DNA of 64,000 nucleotides, from contig CAYIXE010000001.1 in the NCBI GenBank assembly GCA_964367095.1, forward strand, positions 2,803 through 66,802, read 5' to 3'. Below, piece by piece: positions 28,498 to 38,488 of this stretch. This DNA comes from an uncultured Gammaproteobacteria bacterium. GTDB taxonomy: Bacteria > Patescibacteriota > Microgenomatia > UBA10105 > UBA927. A program made the position numbers and the translations under genes. The notes beneath the pieces were generated by a model. The model was not told the DNA's origin and searched no databases. It worked only from the letters and a program-made list of their open reading frames with translations. Within the stretch, counting starts at the first letter, position 1. Each line of letters opens with the position of its first letter.

Positions 28498-30159
28498 TTA
28501 CTCTGCAATTCGTATCGCCTCAAATCCATTAAGAAATGAAATTCTGTATATGGGATCTGTACTAATTTCCCGCGGTGTTCCTACATACAAAATTGAACCG
28601 TCGTGCAATTCATTAGGCCAGTTAATAGGCCGAAATTCATACACATCAAATTTATTTCTCACCTCAGCAAATCCACCCGACGCTGTACCGCCTCCAGCTA
28701 GATATAATCTGGGATCATATTTCATAAAAAATAAATAGAACATGTGCGGTTGTTCTAATTTCGTAGACACAACTATCTTCTTATACTTTGATTTATGCGC
28801 CTCTGTATACTCGACTGCTTGTTTGTATCCATATTGCCAAAATTGTGAATACTCAATATTCATGTGCGAATAGTACATATGAAAGTAATAGCCGATGTTA
28901 CATATTGCAGCAACAAAACTAGAAACGATAATGACGAACACAACGAGTCTCATTTGTTTTGTGACATGCTTAATCGTTTCTTTTCCATACATATACGCGC
29001 TGTATAAACCAAAGGCAGTAAAAACCTGAAGTAGCGGCAATGTGACAAGAGTTCTTATCGCGTGAGGAGTTTCAGACGTGGGAGATGCAGCGATGGGGGC
29101 TAAAAGAAGCCAGCCAAAAAGCAAATTTCGTATAACCCCTCCGCGCTTTATCACCACTACCATGCCCCACAATAAAAATGGCAGCTCCCAAAGGTACAAA
29201 AGTCCCGTATCAGGCGCATGATGTCTATCGTTGTCCCCGCTTAAAAACAACCATTTGAGAGAAAAGTGCGACAAATATCCTTCTGCAATTGTTTTTATAT
29301 AGACGATTCTTCTGTTCTCCCAAATTAATCCCATCAGATTTCCGTTTTGTAGATCATCCTCTAACTTTGATACGCTTTTAGCGAGTAACCCCGTCTGATC
29401 AGAGAGACTGCTAGTGCCTTTGAGCCGCGTAAGTCCGTCTTTTCCAAAAACGACGGGTAATAATGGACCGACGATAATAATTCCTATAAATATCGATACC
29501 AATACATATTTCCACTTTGAAAGAAATTTCTTAAAAAACACTATGAATGCCAAAAGTATAAGAAGTGGTATAAATACGCGCTGACTATGATACGCGTAAA
29601 ATCCTAAGCCCAAAATAAGCGCCGATACCGGCATATATTTTCCGTTTGTCAAAGACTTCAGAAGAAAATAAAGACCCCAAATATTCAGCGTTACCCCAAT
29701 ATTAGCTTCAAATGCAATGCGCGAAAATTGCAAATGCCACGGGGAAATTGCCAACAAAAACATAACCATAAACGGCAAAACGGCAGTAATATCTGTGTAT
29801 TTTCTTTTTTGTGTCTCAATAAGACTTAAAAGTGCGACCGTAAGAAAATATGCGCCTATAACACCCAACACGCCATTTATAGCTGCCGGTAGACGAACAC
29901 TATACGTAGACAATCCCAAATACTTCACCGTTGGGATCGCAAGATATGCATAAAGCGGCGGTTTATAATCATCAAATGATCGAAGTGCCAGGGGCCACCG
30001 CGTCCCGTACTCATCTTTGCCAGTTTTAAGCAACGAATATGCGTTGTATCCTAACGCCGCTTCATCCCAATCAGGGCTTGGCGGCACGACGCCTAACTGC
30101 CAAAACCGTAGTATTGCGGCAAGTATGACAATTGATATAAGTATTAATGTTTTTTTCAT
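28498..30159 (-). CDS. GT-C ArnT/PMT-like glycosyltransferase, group B
   Basis: PPSPDWDEAALGYNAYSLLKTGKDEYG, DYKPP, ISPWHLQFSR, PHAIR, WQYGY. Confidence 0.8.
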   Translation of the reverse strand: MKKTLILISIVILAAILRFWQLGVVPPSPDWDEAALGYNAYSLLKTGKDEYGTRWPLALRSFDDYKPPLYAYLAIPTVKYLGLSTYSVRLPAAINGVLGVIGAYFLTVALLSLIETQKRKYTDITAVLPFMVMFLLAISPWHLQFSRIAFEANIGVTLNIWGLYFLLKSLTNGKYMPVSALILGLGFYAYHSQRVFIPLLILLAFIVFFKKFLSKWKYVLVSIFIGIIIVGPLLPVVFGKDGLTRLKGTSSLSDQTGLLAKSVSKLEDDLQNGNLMGLIWENRRIVYIKTIAEGYLSHFSLKWLFLSGDNDRHHAPDTGLLYLWELPFLLWGMVVVIKRGGVIRNLLFGWLLLAPIAASPTSETPHAIRTLVTLPLLQVFTAFGLYSAYMYGKETIKHVTKQMRLVVFVIIVSSFVAAICNIGYYFHMYYSHMNIEYSQFWQYGYKQAVEYTEAHKSKYKKIVVSTKLEQPHMFYLFFMKYDPRLYLAGGGTASGGFAEVRNKFDVYEFRPINWPNELHDGSILYVGTPREISTDPIYRISFLNGFEAIRIAE

Positions 30160-30161
30160 GG

Positions 30162-31787
30162 TTACAACTCAAATATCACAAGCCCGATAAAGCCATTTAA
30201 TAGCGGAATGTTTTTTAAAACCTTTGCGTTCTGCGGGACTTCGTTTACCGGAAGTATATAGAGCACGCGACCCTCATACTTCTCATTGACGTGTCGCACA
30301 AATCGATATTTGCCAAACCGATAAACATTATAAAATCCCTCTTTATCAAACGAGGCATTTTTGGTCGTTTGAAAAAATGAAAGATCATACTTTCCATAAA
30401 ACAAAGTATAAATATATGGTCTCCCGATACTCTCAGTTAGAACAATAACGTCGTAATCATCCTTCACACTCTCGGCATATTGAATTGCCTCACGGTATCC
30501 ATACTGCCATTCGCCAGAATATTCTTTTTTATAATGTGTCGTATACGTATGCCAAAAATAACCAAAGTTTCCAAGCACTAAAAGAACCATGACAATACCA
30601 ACCAATAACCGCAGTTTTTTGCCAACAAACACACCCAAAAACTGTACGCATCCATATGCCGTGACGATGATCCATACCGGTAAACCGTTTTCCACCCGAA
30701 GCGCATGAGGCGTCTCACGAGCAACCGCTGCGGGCGCTATGGAGGCTAAAAGCCAAAATAGAAGCAATCCCGCTATTTTCGTCTGTCGCGAAAATAGTGT
30801 TAACCATCCGATAAAAACAAACGGAGCTGTGACAAGGAGTAACTGTCCTATATCCTGGGTAGAAAATTTCGGATTCCCGTCGCCCTTTATAAAAAGAAAC
30901 CGCGGCTCGAGATTATCAAAAAAATGCAGCAAATATTCCCTTCCGTATCCAATTCTACGATTATGAACAATTTTGGACCACCAGGCGTTGCTGTCTGCCA
31001 AGCTTCTGACATTTGAAATTAATACCGTTTCAAGATTTGTAAATATACTCACCTCCTGGAACCGAAGTCTGGCTTCTTTCGAAACAAGGTGAGGCATAAG
31101 CGGCAGTAAAGCAATTACAGCGATAATCAATCCTTTATAAAAAGAAGTTTTCGCTTTCGAAATTGCATTCCACGAAAAAACCAACACTCCAAAAGCGATA
31201 AGAGGTCCTGCATATCGTGCTGAATTAAACGTATACATGCCTAAGACAAATGGTAAAAATGCGAAGGGCAATACGCTTGAATTCTTTCGTGAAACTAATA
31301 GAAGATACACGCCAAGTGAAATAAAAAATGTAGCAATATTTGCTTCAAATCCAGCTCGAGAGAGCATAATGTGCCACGGAGAGATAGCCAAAAATAAGGC
31401 GCTTGTCAGCGCAAGTCTTTGATTGGAAAACAACTCCTTCACAAGAAAATAGATAAGTAACACCGTCAGTATTCCAAAAATAGCCGATGGCAACCGAACT
31501 GCCAAATCAGATAAACCAAAAATTGCGATAAAAGGTATAGTAAGATAAATAGGAAGTGATGGTTTGTAATCACCAAATGCGGCAAAGGCACCCAAGGGAA
31601 ACCGTACACCATGCTCATCAGTGCCACTTGTTAAAATAGTATACGCGTTGTAGCCTATAGATACTTCATCCCACGAAAGCGCTGGCGGATTAGAGGTAAG
31701 ATTTGTAAGTCTAAACCATACTGCAAAAACAACAATAATTCCCAATAGAATAGAGCTAACTTTCATATTTTTCCAAAATTTTTTCAT
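30162..31787 (-). CDS. GT-C ArnT/PMT-like glycosyltransferase, group B
   Basis: PPALSWDEVSIGYNAYTILTSGTDEHG, DYKP, ISPWH..SR, PHALR, WQYGY. Confidence 0.8.
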   Translation of the reverse strand: MKKFWKNMKVSSILLGIIVVFAVWFRLTNLTSNPPALSWDEVSIGYNAYTILTSGTDEHGVRFPLGAFAAFGDYKPSLPIYLTIPFIAIFGLSDLAVRLPSAIFGILTVLLIYFLVKELFSNQRLALTSALFLAISPWHIMLSRAGFEANIATFFISLGVYLLLVSRKNSSVLPFAFLPFVLGMYTFNSARYAGPLIAFGVLVFSWNAISKAKTSFYKGLIIAVIALLPLMPHLVSKEARLRFQEVSIFTNLETVLISNVRSLADSNAWWSKIVHNRRIGYGREYLLHFFDNLEPRFLFIKGDGNPKFSTQDIGQLLLVTAPFVFIGWLTLFSRQTKIAGLLLFWLLASIAPAAVARETPHALRVENGLPVWIIVTAYGCVQFLGVFVGKKLRLLVGIVMVLLVLGNFGYFWHTYTTHYKKEYSGEWQYGYREAIQYAESVKDDYDVIVLTESIGRPYIYTLFYGKYDLSFFQTTKNASFDKEGFYNVYRFGKYRFVRHVNEKYEGRVLYILPVNEVPQNAKVLKNIPLLNGFIGLVIFEL

Positions 31788-33030
31788 TCATAAATAATAT
31801 TCCTGCTGTCAAAAAAATAAGTGATATATATCCTATATGACTATTATTAAAATATCGACTCATATACCAAAACAATGTAAGAAATGTTCCGTAGGTGAAT
31901 AACACAGTAGATAACAAAGGTCTTTTTATAATCCACCGAAGAAGAATTACCATAAGAGGCAATCCAAATAGAAGTTGATACAGATAAAAAAGATAGAACT
32001 CATGTATATTTTTAATAACTCCGGCGCTTAAAAGCACCATGCTTAATCCGTATCCTGATATAGGATAGCTTGCCGCAGTACCTCCGGTAAGATACAAGAA
32101 TACGCTATCGATATACGCCTTTGAATCCCACAAAAGAAATGGAAGCGTTAGGCCCAAACAAACAAGGAAGGTAATGATTACTGACCACCACATGCGACTT
32201 TTGCGTTTGACCTCTGTGACAAAAAGATACATAAAATAAAACGGCACAGCTATCCAAATCGTTTGCTTGCTCATGACGGCCAAACCAAAAATAAATCCAG
32301 CAATCAAAGGCTTTTTTAGTGATAACAGATAGAGAGAAAGGATCAACCAGAAAAATGCAAACACATCGCTTCTTCCCTCAATAAAATAATCAAATACTGA
32401 CGGTGAAAGAGAAACGAGTACTACTGCCAATCGCCGTAAATTCTGGTCCTTTATCCACTTCCAAAGTATAAACAAAATTCCTGCCATACTAAATAAAAGT
32501 GCCATGCGGGCATCAAAAAATCCAAACACTTTCACTCCTACTACATAAAATCCAAAGGGAAACAAAAGATACCAAGGAGGCATCACAAAGTGATAGAGCG
32601 CAGGATTGACGGCGTCAGGATTATCAGGCTCATCGTAATTAAATGATTCAACTGGTGTGCCAAAATACGTCTCTTTGTACGGATTTTTTCCGTTTATCAA
32701 ATACCGCATGGCAGCTTCTTGTTGCAAGATAATATCATGTACTCCCCACACAGGCGCTACGCTTTTGCGATCAACCATGGAAGTTATCAAAGTTAAGAAC
32801 ACAACGACAAAAATCACAAACCATGTCAAAATATCACGCCATCGTTCGACTAAAAGACTTACTTTTGTAAGAATCATTGATCGGTACGCGAGTAAAACAT
32901 TGAGGACCAACGAAAGAAACACTAATCCAAACAACCAATATGGTGTTCCCTCAATCGGAAGGATACGATACTTCATGACCACGGGAATGGAAAGCAGGAA
33001 AAGAAGCACGCTGTCAATAATTGGCGACAT
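31756..33030 (-). CDS. GT-C membrane glycosyltransferase, GT87/DUF2029-like
   Basis: HDIILQQEAA..LINGKNPY, EGRSD, SKQ; polytopic. Start at the ATG at 33030. Confidence 0.65.
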   Translation of the reverse strand: MSPIIDSVLLFLLSIPVVMKYRILPIEGTPYWLFGLVFLSLVLNVLLAYRSMILTKVSLLVERWRDILTWFVIFVVVFLTLITSMVDRKSVAPVWGVHDIILQQEAAMRYLINGKNPYKETYFGTPVESFNYDEPDNPDAVNPALYHFVMPPWYLLFPFGFYVVGVKVFGFFDARMALLFSMAGILFILWKWIKDQNLRRLAVVLVSLSPSVFDYFIEGRSDVFAFFWLILSLYLLSLKKPLIAGFIFGLAVMSKQTIWIAVPFYFMYLFVTEVKRKSRMWWSVIITFLVCLGLTLPFLLWDSKAYIDSVFLYLTGGTAASYPISGYGLSMVLLSAGVIKNIHEFYLFYLYQLLFGLPLMVILLRWIIKRPLLSTVLFTYGTFLTLFWYMSRYFNNSHIGYISLIFLTAGILFMNEKILEKYES

Positions 33031-33037
33031 AATAGGT

Positions 33038-34516
33038 CTATTGTACCCCAAACAACACGATAACATCATCAGTTTTTACTATGCGCGTCATATACTGGTC
33101 CAAATCAACTATAGGATATGTGCCTTTGCAATGATCTTCATAACAAAGTGTTTGTATCTTGCCTCCATGATCAACAAAGGGACAGACTCGATTCTCGCAT
33201 ACAAGCACAATTTGATTATCATTGCCTGTTATTTTCCCGGCAGTCGTTCCGCGTAAAGAGAAGCCTGCACGATAGTGAAGATCCGAAAACGACGGCGAGG
33301 AAACCAACCCAAAGCTAAACACGTTACTTCCCAATTCTTTTTTCACTATATCAATAACTTTCTCCACTTTTAAAATATCATTGCGAACAGGCGTTCTAGA
33401 AACCAATAAAACACTTTGATAAAAAGCGAGGGCAAGAAAAATCCCAAGTATGATAAAGACAATCGGTTTGATCCTTCGTATACGTACTACTTCCTCAATC
33501 CAAGTCCCAAACACTACATACGCCGCCGGAATGAGAAAATACAGGTAATGATCATACACAACCCCCCTATACAAAGACATCGCTCCCACTCCCCCAACTA
33601 TCCAAATAAGCAGAAGAAAAGAAAGATCGTTCTTTGAGACTATAAACCACAGCATCGTAAAGAAAATAATAATCCCGGCACCTAAAGGAAGCCCAAGTGA
33701 GAAAGGGAGCGTCTTTCCTGTAACCCGGCCTGCATAGTCAATGAAGTTGGCAAGTATTTGCCTTTTTCTGATTGGTGCAAGAGTGGGATATATAAATTGT
33801 GAAATAACACTTCCGATATTCTCAAAACCATGAGTGAATTCATACACAAGAAATGGAGACAGAACAAAAAGAAATATAATGATCCACGCGGCGGCAAGCT
33901 TTACCCATACTTCCCGACTTTCCTTGTCCTTGTAAAACAAAATAATAAATACTAATCCGGAGAGAGGAATAAATAATAAATTTGGATAATGAAGCTGTAC
34001 GAGTATTCCTGTAGACAGACCCATGAGAAGACTCCCGAGAAATTTTCTTTCTGTACGAAGGATCAAAGCTGCGGCATACACAAAAAGCATGACAAAAGAA
34101 GGAACGATATTTGGCTCCCAAAGAAATCGATCTTTAGCCACACCAAACGGGCTTAGTGCCCACAAGGCAGTAAGAAATACGGCAACTGGTGGAGTAAATA
34201 ATAGACGAAACGCCAACGCACTAAATAGTATTCCTAAACATCCGTAAAAAATTACGGCATATGCTCCCCAAACAAGTTGAAATCCTGACATAATAAGAAA
34301 TGGAGCGATCAAAAAATAATATGCTGGGCCTAAATGTTGACCGCTAAGAACTGTAGGTCCTAAAAGCGGCACTGTTTTTGATTCCCACGCGGTCAATACA
34401 TGAAGAAATGTTCTTCCTTGATCTCCTAAAAACTCTGTGCCTGCTGTAAGATTCCATAATCGCAGTGCCATAACGATGATAAAAAGTATTATAATAAAGA
34501 TAGTTTGTCCGCTCAT
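33038..34516 (-). CDS. GT-C ArnT/PMT-like glycosyltransferase, group C
   Basis: FLGDQGR, LLGP, LGPAYY, WEPN, QLHY; paralogue of 60574-62148. The start is either 34516 or 34531. Confidence 0.75.
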   Translation of the reverse strand: MSGQTIFIIILFIIVMALRLWNLTAGTEFLGDQGRTFLHVLTAWESKTVPLLGPTVLSGQHLGPAYYFLIAPFLIMSGFQLVWGAYAVIFYGCLGILFSALAFRLLFTPPVAVFLTALWALSPFGVAKDRFLWEPNIVPSFVMLFVYAAALILRTERKFLGSLLMGLSTGILVQLHYPNLLFIPLSGLVFIILFYKDKESREVWVKLAAAWIIIFLFVLSPFLVYEFTHGFENIGSVISQFIYPTLAPIRKRQILANFIDYAGRVTGKTLPFSLGLPLGAGIIIFFTMLWFIVSKNDLSFLLLIWIVGGVGAMSLYRGVVYDHYLYFLIPAAYVVFGTWIEEVVRIRRIKPIVFIILGIFLALAFYQSVLLVSRTPVRNDILKVEKVIDIVKKELGSNVFSFGLVSSPSFSDLHYRAGFSLRGTTAGKITGNDNQIVLVCENRVCPFVDHGGKIQTLCYEDHCKGTYPIVDLDQYMTRIVKTDDVIVLFGVQ

Positions 34517-34529
34517 CTGTCTTATGCGC

Positions 34530-36161
34530 ATGCACTCATTTAAGCACTATTTGGCTATACTGACAATCTCGACTCTTCCGTTTATATCCATGTTTCTCAC
34601 ATCCTCCATGCCGCACACGCATGACGGACCGGTACACCTTGCCAGACTCGCTTCCTATTATAAGGAGCTTTCTTACGGTCAAATTCCACCGCGTTGGGCA
34701 AGCGAATTAAATTTTGGAGTGGGTATGCCTCTTTTTAATTTCATATATCATCTTCCGTATCTTGTCGCCTCCATTCCCCTCTTTTTTTCATTTGGCCTTG
34801 TCGCATCGTTTAAGATATCGCTTCTTATAAGTTTTCTCCTCTCAGGAATTGGTATGTTTCTTTTCAGTCGTAAACTCTTTGGCGACATACCACGCGCATA
34901 CTTGGTGACTATTCTTTATCAATTTGCGCCATTTCATCTCGTCGAACTGGTCGTTCGTGGAAGTGTGGGTGAAGCATATACCTACTCGTTTCTACCATTC
35001 GTGCTTTATGGAATATTGTTAGTATCAGAAAATCCAAAACCACTCTATCTGCTAAACACAAGTATCGCTGTTTCGTTCTTAGTGCTTTCCCATAATGCAA
35101 TTAGTTTAGTAAGTTTCTCTGTCGCATTTCTTTTTGCTCTCTACTTTACACCGAAAACAAAAAATCGTCTCATCACACTTTTGCCGCTTATCATCGGACT
35201 GGGATTAACAACTTTCTACTGGTTACCAGCAGTTTTGGAGCGAAAATATACGTACGGCGATTTGTTTATGAAAGATATGTATCTATCACACTTTGCACCA
35301 ATTCAGAATTTTTTTATTCCTAATTTCACCAATTCCGCTAGGCTTCAAACCGGAGGCATTACCGTATATCTTGGACTCATTCAAAGCATCCTTCTCATTT
35401 CTTCTTTCTATCTTTTATTGGTCAAAAAAATCAAAAGTTCCAGTCTTTTATCAATAACATTTTTTAGTCTCATTCTTATCATGATGAGCTTTTTTTTCAT
35501 GCAGCCGATTTCCTCTCCTATTTGGGAACGGGTAAAAACCTTACGCATGTTTCAGTTTCCGTGGAGACTTCTCTCCATTGTAGGATTAGGTACAGCACTT
35601 CTTGGCGCCATAATAGTTTTCAAAAATAAAAAGCTCAACTTGATAATTGTTTCTTTCTTTTCCGTCGTTTCAGTCATTTCAACAATTGTATTTTGGAATC
35701 CGCCATTAGGCTACGACAAAATAATAGAAACTGATTATTGGAACTATCCTTTAAACACAACGTATTTTGGTGAGACCGATCTTATATGGTCTGACGGACC
35801 GGCGTCATCATACCCGATTGCCCCATTTGAAATCATCGAGGGTGAGGGTGAGATCACCAATCCATACAAAAAAAGCATCAAACACTCATTTACCATAAAC
35901 GCACAGACGCCGGTACGTATGATAGACAACACGCAATACTTCCCGGGTTGGCGTGTCTTTGTAGATTCTGTAAAAACACCTATTGAATTTCAAGACCAAA
36001 ACCATAGAGGCAGGATCACATTTAACGTCCCTGAAGGATTACACAAAGTCGAGGTTATTTTTGGCAATTCTCCAATAAGAACGATTGGCAATACGGCAAG
36101 CATCCTTACTCTCCTCTCGTCGACAATTGTATATATAATTTTTCAACGTAAACGATTATGA
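34530..36161 (+). CDS. GT-C membrane glycosyltransferase, PTPS-related/YfhO-like group A
   Basis: THDGPVHLAR...PRWASELNFGVGMPLF, RGSVGE, QFPWR, NTQYFPGW. Start at the ATG at 34530 (or 34524). Confidence 0.8.
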   Translation: MHSFKHYLAILTISTLPFISMFLTSSMPHTHDGPVHLARLASYYKELSYGQIPPRWASELNFGVGMPLFNFIYHLPYLVASIPLFFSFGLVASFKISLLISFLLSGIGMFLFSRKLFGDIPRAYLVTILYQFAPFHLVELVVRGSVGEAYTYSFLPFVLYGILLVSENPKPLYLLNTSIAVSFLVLSHNAISLVSFSVAFLFALYFTPKTKNRLITLLPLIIGLGLTTFYWLPAVLERKYTYGDLFMKDMYLSHFAPIQNFFIPNFTNSARLQTGGITVYLGLIQSILLISSFYLLLVKKIKSSSLLSITFFSLILIMMSFFFMQPISSPIWERVKTLRMFQFPWRLLSIVGLGTALLGAIIVFKNKKLNLIIVSFFSVVSVISTIVFWNPPLGYDKIIETDYWNYPLNTTYFGETDLIWSDGPASSYPIAPFEIIEGEGEITNPYKKSIKHSFTINAQTPVRMIDNTQYFPGWRVFVDSVKTPIEFQDQNHRGRITFNVPEGLHKVEVIFGNSPIRTIGNTASILTLLSSTIVYIIFQRKRL

Positions 36162-38488
36162 AATTCAAAGACATATTCATTGGGGCAGGAATAAGCATAA
36201 TTCTTGTTTGTTTTCTTTTTTACAAATCTATTTTTTATGGGGCAATCCCGTTTCCCGGAGATTCTCTTCTTTCTCACTTCAAACCGTGGCAAGTTACTTC
36301 CTATGATGGCTATGGCGCTGGCGGCATACCAAATAAAGCACAATACCCAGATGTAATACGACAAATGTATCCTTGGCGAATAGAGGCTATACGCCAATGG
36401 AAAGAAGGAAATGTTCCACTTTGGAATCCCTATAGTTTTTCAGGCACTCCGCTTCTTGCCAATTTTCAATCAGCAAGTTTATACCCTTTCAATACCCTTT
36501 TTCTTTTCTTACGCGAGACAACTGCATGGACCGTACTTATAGCATTGCAGCCCTTACTCGCAATCTTTTTTACATTCCTCTATTTACGTATCATGAAGCT
36601 AAGCATTCTCGCTTCTCTATTTGGTGGGATATCGTACGGCATAAGCGGATTTATGACCGTATGGCTGGAGTACAACACGGTCGGACACATTATGGCGTGG
36701 TTTCCGTTAGCACTTTATGCAATTGAACATTTTAACCCCACATTGCTCACTATTTCAATCACTCTTTCATTACTATCAGGTCATCCGCAAGTCGCACTCT
36801 ATGCTATTTTATTTACCTCCATATACGCAGCTTTTCGATTACAAGGAAAGAATAAACTCTATGCACTTCTCTCACTTTTTGTAGGATTTGGCATTTCAGC
36901 CGTCCAACTTGTCCCCGGTATTGAGCTTTTAAGTGTCGCCGCGCGAGCTAATCACTCTTATGAACAAATGATGAAAACCATACTCATCCAGCCATGGCAA
37001 ATACTCATGGCTTTTTTTCCAAATCTTTATGGCAATCCTGTTTCTCGCACGTATTGGCCGTTAGACACTTATGTAGGAAAAGTAACGTCCATAGGTCTTA
37101 TTCCATTATTTTTTCTTCTTTCTTCGATACGACTCTATAAAGAGTCTCTCATACGTTTTTATGCTCTTTCAATACTTTTTCTTGGCATATACATTACAGC
37201 AAATCCTATCACAGCCCTCCTCTACTCATTCTCAATTCCTATCATATCGTCAAGCAGCCCGACGCTTTCAATATTTATATTTTCATTTTGCTTATCAGTA
37301 CTTGCAGCTTTCGGCGTCGATTTGTGGATACAAGAAACACATAGTGTCAAAAAGCTTATCATTCGGGCAATTGAAGTATGTGCAGGAATACTTATCATCG
37401 CAAGCATCTTTATGCTTCTTCCGTCGCTTAAAACCCATGCGTCGGTCGCTCTCCGTGCACTTTTTTATGGCGGCGCTATTTCCGCATTAACCGTATGTAT
37501 CTTTTACATTGCCATTCGTTATAAAAAATGGATGATCCCAATACTGTGGATTCTTTTGGCAATTCATTTTTTTGATCTCTCGTACGCATTTTTCAAGTTT
37601 AACCCGTTTGTCCCAACGTCATATATGTATCCTGACCATACCGTGAGCGATTACCTCAAAAGTCAAAAAAAACCGATGCGGTTTTGGGGGTATGGCACTG
37701 CGGCGATTGACGCAAATATTCCGACACTCTGGCGAGTTTACTCTCCCAATGGCTATGATCCACTGTATCCTAAATGGTACGGCGAATTTATAGGCGCGTC
37801 CAAAGACGGCAAGCTTCTTCGTTTATTTGGAAATAATAATCGCTCTGATGCGACCATTGCATCCGGATTTGGTGAGGCTGACTTTCAAGACAATACCTAC
37901 CGAAAACAAATTCTTCGCTCACTTGGTGTTTCCCTTATCATTGATAGACAAGAAAACGGCACGAGTGAAAAAACATTCCCGCCAAAAAATTATTCACTCA
38001 CCACCGTTTCAGATTGGCGTGTATTTACCGATATTGACGCACCACTAATTGTTAGGATAGCAACTAGATCAAGCGTTGCCAACACAAAAGAAGATTTTGA
38101 ACGGATATTTTTTCATCCATCCTTTAACCCAAAAGCAGATGTCATTGTTTCTGATCCCGCCATACCAACTCTTAGCGGAAATGGGAGTGTAGAAATGAAT
38201 ATCTATTCTCCAAATTTCATACAAGCAACAACAAAAACGAAAGGGATTACCATGCTTGTAATCGCAGACACCTACTACAAAGGATGGAACGCGTATATTG
38301 ATAAAAACCCTGCTCCCTTATATCGCGTGAACTGGACTATGAATGGGATATTGCTTCCCGAAGGCGACCATACGATCGACTTTTTGTATGAACCTATCTC
38401 TTTCACCATAGGATTATGGGCATCAGCCTTGTCATTGGGGTTATTAGTTGGTATCGTCGTATTCACACACCAAAAAAGGAAGCAATGA
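36158..38488 (+). CDS. YfhO family GT-C membrane glycosyltransferase, group D
   Basis: PDVIRQMYPW, PLWNPYSFSGTPLLANFQ, SGHPQ, GYDPLYP, DTYYKGWNAYID. Confidence 0.85.
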   Translation: MKFKDIFIGAGISIILVCFLFYKSIFYGAIPFPGDSLLSHFKPWQVTSYDGYGAGGIPNKAQYPDVIRQMYPWRIEAIRQWKEGNVPLWNPYSFSGTPLLANFQSASLYPFNTLFLFLRETTAWTVLIALQPLLAIFFTFLYLRIMKLSILASLFGGISYGISGFMTVWLEYNTVGHIMAWFPLALYAIEHFNPTLLTISITLSLLSGHPQVALYAILFTSIYAAFRLQGKNKLYALLSLFVGFGISAVQLVPGIELLSVAARANHSYEQMMKTILIQPWQILMAFFPNLYGNPVSRTYWPLDTYVGKVTSIGLIPLFFLLSSIRLYKESLIRFYALSILFLGIYITANPITALLYSFSIPIISSSSPTLSIFIFSFCLSVLAAFGVDLWIQETHSVKKLIIRAIEVCAGILIIASIFMLLPSLKTHASVALRALFYGGAISALTVCIFYIAIRYKKWMIPILWILLAIHFFDLSYAFFKFNPFVPTSYMYPDHTVSDYLKSQKKPMRFWGYGTAAIDANIPTLWRVYSPNGYDPLYPKWYGEFIGASKDGKLLRLFGNNNRSDATIASGFGEADFQDNTYRKQILRSLGVSLIIDRQENGTSEKTFPPKNYSLTTVSDWRVFTDIDAPLIVRIATRSSVANTKEDFERIFFHPSFNPKADVIVSDPAIPTLSGNGSVEMNIYSPNFIQATTKTKGITMLVIADTYYKGWNAYIDKNPAPLYRVNWTMNGILLPEGDHTIDFLYEPISFTIGLWASALSLGLLVGIVVFTHQKRKQ

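Noticed and set aside
32657-33256. 199-aa plus-strand ORF and the other 60-170 aa overlapping ORFs (e.g. 44142-44654, 16715-17128, 19694-20089)
   Set aside because: They are antisense or out-of-frame shadows of well-supported genes and have no recognisable motifs.
34437-34529. N-terminal extensions in the ORF track (also at 8333, 9351, 11146, 13967, 20355, 24479, 33069, 38416, 58687, 62235)
   Set aside because: They overlap neighbouring genes, promoters or repeats and precede the family-typical N-terminus; downstream ATGs were used instead.
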